Assembly: GCA_900088475.1 (NCBI GenBank)
Contig: FLMG01001949.1
Span: 3,800 to 67,799 of the forward strand
Source of the DNA: Hyphochytrium catenoides
Taxonomy: Eukaryota; Protista; Hyphochytriomycota
Direction of reading: 5' to 3'
DNA: 64,000 bases
This document shows, piece by piece, positions 61,701-64,000 of this stretch (position 1 is its first letter; the number at the start of each line of letters is the position of its first letter). The notes below the pieces were generated by a model that was not told where the DNA came from, ran no database searches, and was given only the letters and a program-made list of their open reading frames with translations. Position numbers and translations under genes: made by a program.

Positions 61701-63660
61701 ATAGTTGTCTTTATAAAAGCACGAATCCAGCTCTTCCTCTTATTATGCTCCTTTTGGTGTGTGCTCTTAGTAGTTGTTACCGGTGGTTGCCCCAAGAGTA
61801 GGCGTTGTGGCGTTGTGGCGTTCTGAGTACTGCTATTCTCCTCCTATCATCAAAGTATCCGAGAGAAGGCTACCAAGCCGAGCAAGGCGTGTGAGGAATG
61901 AGCGGGGAGATGTGGTCCACATAGAAGAGCTTATTATGAGGTGCCACATCGTCTGTATCGTTCTTTCTTGCCTACGTACACTGTTCTCCTTCTATATATT
62001 ATCCCCGCTGGTAGTACCGCATGATCCCCACTCGCGGTGATAGGTAAACGCACCGTAAGCAGCCGTACCAGAAAAGCGCAGTCTAACTCAACATTGATCA
62101 CCTTATTAAGAGCAATCCAAAATAACTTCCAGAAGGTCATTCGGACCTTCTTCTAGTAAAAATTGGATGGCGTACTGCTAAGAACTTCTCGAAGAATTAG
62201 TTCCCAGCGGCATTCCTTTCTTCTCATATCTTGCCGCGCTGCGTTTCGCCGACCGTCTCTTCCTCTTATAATCTTCCTCTAGTAATTGGTTCTTCTTGTC
62301 CGGTTACCTGACGGAGAGACTCATCATAAGCGGTACACTAGCCGGGGGGGCGCCGTCATAGTAGCATGGTCATCAATAATGATGGTTTTGTTCCACTTTG
62401 ATCCTCATAGAGTAGTCATAGCAAGAAGAACCGGACGACCACTACCTTACTGCTTACTCATAATAAGACGGCACTGCTACAGACCTCTTGCTCGGCGGAG
62501 AAAGCACTCTGAGTGATGATTGAGTAAAGGAGGGTCTGGTGGTGCGTGATGAAGGATATGGTGAAAGAGCTTATTATTAATTATTGGCCCGGAGGGAAGA
62601 AAGGCCAGCTGCCTTTCACCACAGAGATGCTAAGCTCTGTCTTCCATCGTCTCAAGGTTGCCATAAAGAGTGAAAAGACGAGGGACTACCTTTGGTTGCT
62701 GATCTGCTAGACATAGACAGCCAATCCTACTATGACGACGAAGGAAGATCGTAGGCCAAATAGTAGTAGTATAAGGAGAACAAGTAGGAGATCCTCCTTC
62801 TTGTGCGATTCTTTCTAAGCAACAGCCTAGAGATGTGATCGAGACGAAGGATAAGCGGTTTCATCGGTAGTGACTCTGTTCTCAAACGAAGAAGAGGTCA
62901 ACGCCTACCATCCTCTTAGACATGCATCACACCGAAGAATGATAAGGCAACTAAGAGCTTTCCGGGCACTTGATGTTGATCAAAGGCGTGAAGGCCACTC
63001 CACACAAGTCCAGAGCCATCTTCTCGCGCGGAATCGCATCACTCACGCAACACTTCTCACTTCTGCTGCAGCTCTGCAGATCCCAAGCCCAACTTCTCCT
63101 AGTGGGTCATCAATCAAACCAGCACTATCTCTTAAGCTCTCTCACAGGAGTAGGATAAGACTCATGATAAAGATCTCCGTCTTCTCTTGCCTGGAGCATC
63201 AGTATCTTCAGAATTCTTGCGTCCTGTGTCCTGTGACATTGAGAACAATCGCAAACCAGCGATGAGCGTTATTCAGGATAAATGGGTATATATATGTCGG
63301 TGTTCAGCTTAATGTACCATCAAATTCGGAATGACTCTTGTGTGCTGGCCCACTCTCGTCCCGCGCTTGATGTCAGAGTTTGAAAATGCAAACTGTCCTC
63401 CGTGGCGTCCCGAACGATGATCTCAAAGCTTTGACCGGACTTTGCCTCTCTGTTTCTAAAGGAGCCAAGGAGATCGACGGCAGGTGGGATAAGGACGAAA
63501 GAAGCTAGGAGGACCTCCCTCAAGCTCTTGGGCATGCCTGTCTGCAAAGCAATGTCACCAAGCACCCATCTCCCCGTTTATCCGTGGAGATAACCCTGAA
63601 GCTTCATGGGCGGCGTTTGGTATCGTGTGGGAGGTTGCCTCAGCTTCTCATCATAGGATA

Positions 63661-64000
63661 ATGGCTCCGAAAGCCAGGCGCAAAGCATCTGGCGCTAGCG
63701 CGACCACTTTGCAAGGTGCACGAGCCGCGACGATATTGGAGGAGATCTCTCGTTCTGGCGGGGCTCCTCCTGTGCTTATCTCTGAGCTCTACACCTTACT
63801 GCACAAAGAGCTAGGGGAAAGAAAAGTTATTGACCCAGAGTATTTAGCGGCAGTAGCTCCAAGAGCATTAGAAACCTCTAAAAATTGTAAACGAGGGCCT
63901 TCAGGCAGGATACCAACTTATGGGTCCTACATTGATTGTATGGTCAAAGAGAACACGGAGCCTCCCCAGCTTCTCTCTGCCTCAGCAGCTAGAGAAGTGG
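63661..64000 (+). CDS. 5' part of a hypothetical protein, open to the window end
   Basis: ATG at 63661 (MAPKARRKASGASATTLQGARAATILEEISRSGG...) followed by 113 codons without a stop; absent from the ORF track because it is truncated. Confidence 0.4.
   Translation, partial: MAPKARRKASGASATTLQGARAATILEEISRSGGAPPVLISELYTLLHKELGERKVIDPEYLAAVAPRALETSKNCKRGPSGRIPTYGSYIDCMVKENTEPPQLLSASAAREV

Overview
Gene-dense, intron-rich eukaryotic nuclear DNA from a flagellated protist. A stramenopile-like lineage is my inference and is not proven. It uses the standard genetic code, the introns I traced are GT-AG, and there are three N-gaps. Genes in order: HYDIN (-, about 17.4 kb); a zinc-ribbon + 4x SUEL/lectin-like protein (+); mitochondrial T3/T7-type RNA polymerase (-); a TBC1D23 homolog with an unusual PDZ-FN3-SH3-like-FN3 insertion (+); IFT140 (+); an ankyrin-TPR co-chaperone (+); a SHIPPO/ODF3-like protein (+); a small ankyrin protein (+); Sec20 with a long tail ending in KEEL (-); topoisomerase II with a long N-terminal extension and almost no C-terminal domain (+); an RDM1-like RRM-Rad52-fold gene whose stop lies 24 bp from the TOP2 stop (-); a multi-pass membrane J-protein (+); and an intronless 1024-aa orphan (-). 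About 5 kb of gene-poor, apparently decayed sequence follows, then an ORF running off the window end. I found no rRNA, tRNA, CRISPR or intact transposon. The best leads are the unusual domain architectures and the RDM1/TOP2 locus, rather than an operon-like system. All homologies are recognised from motifs by eye; no searches were run.
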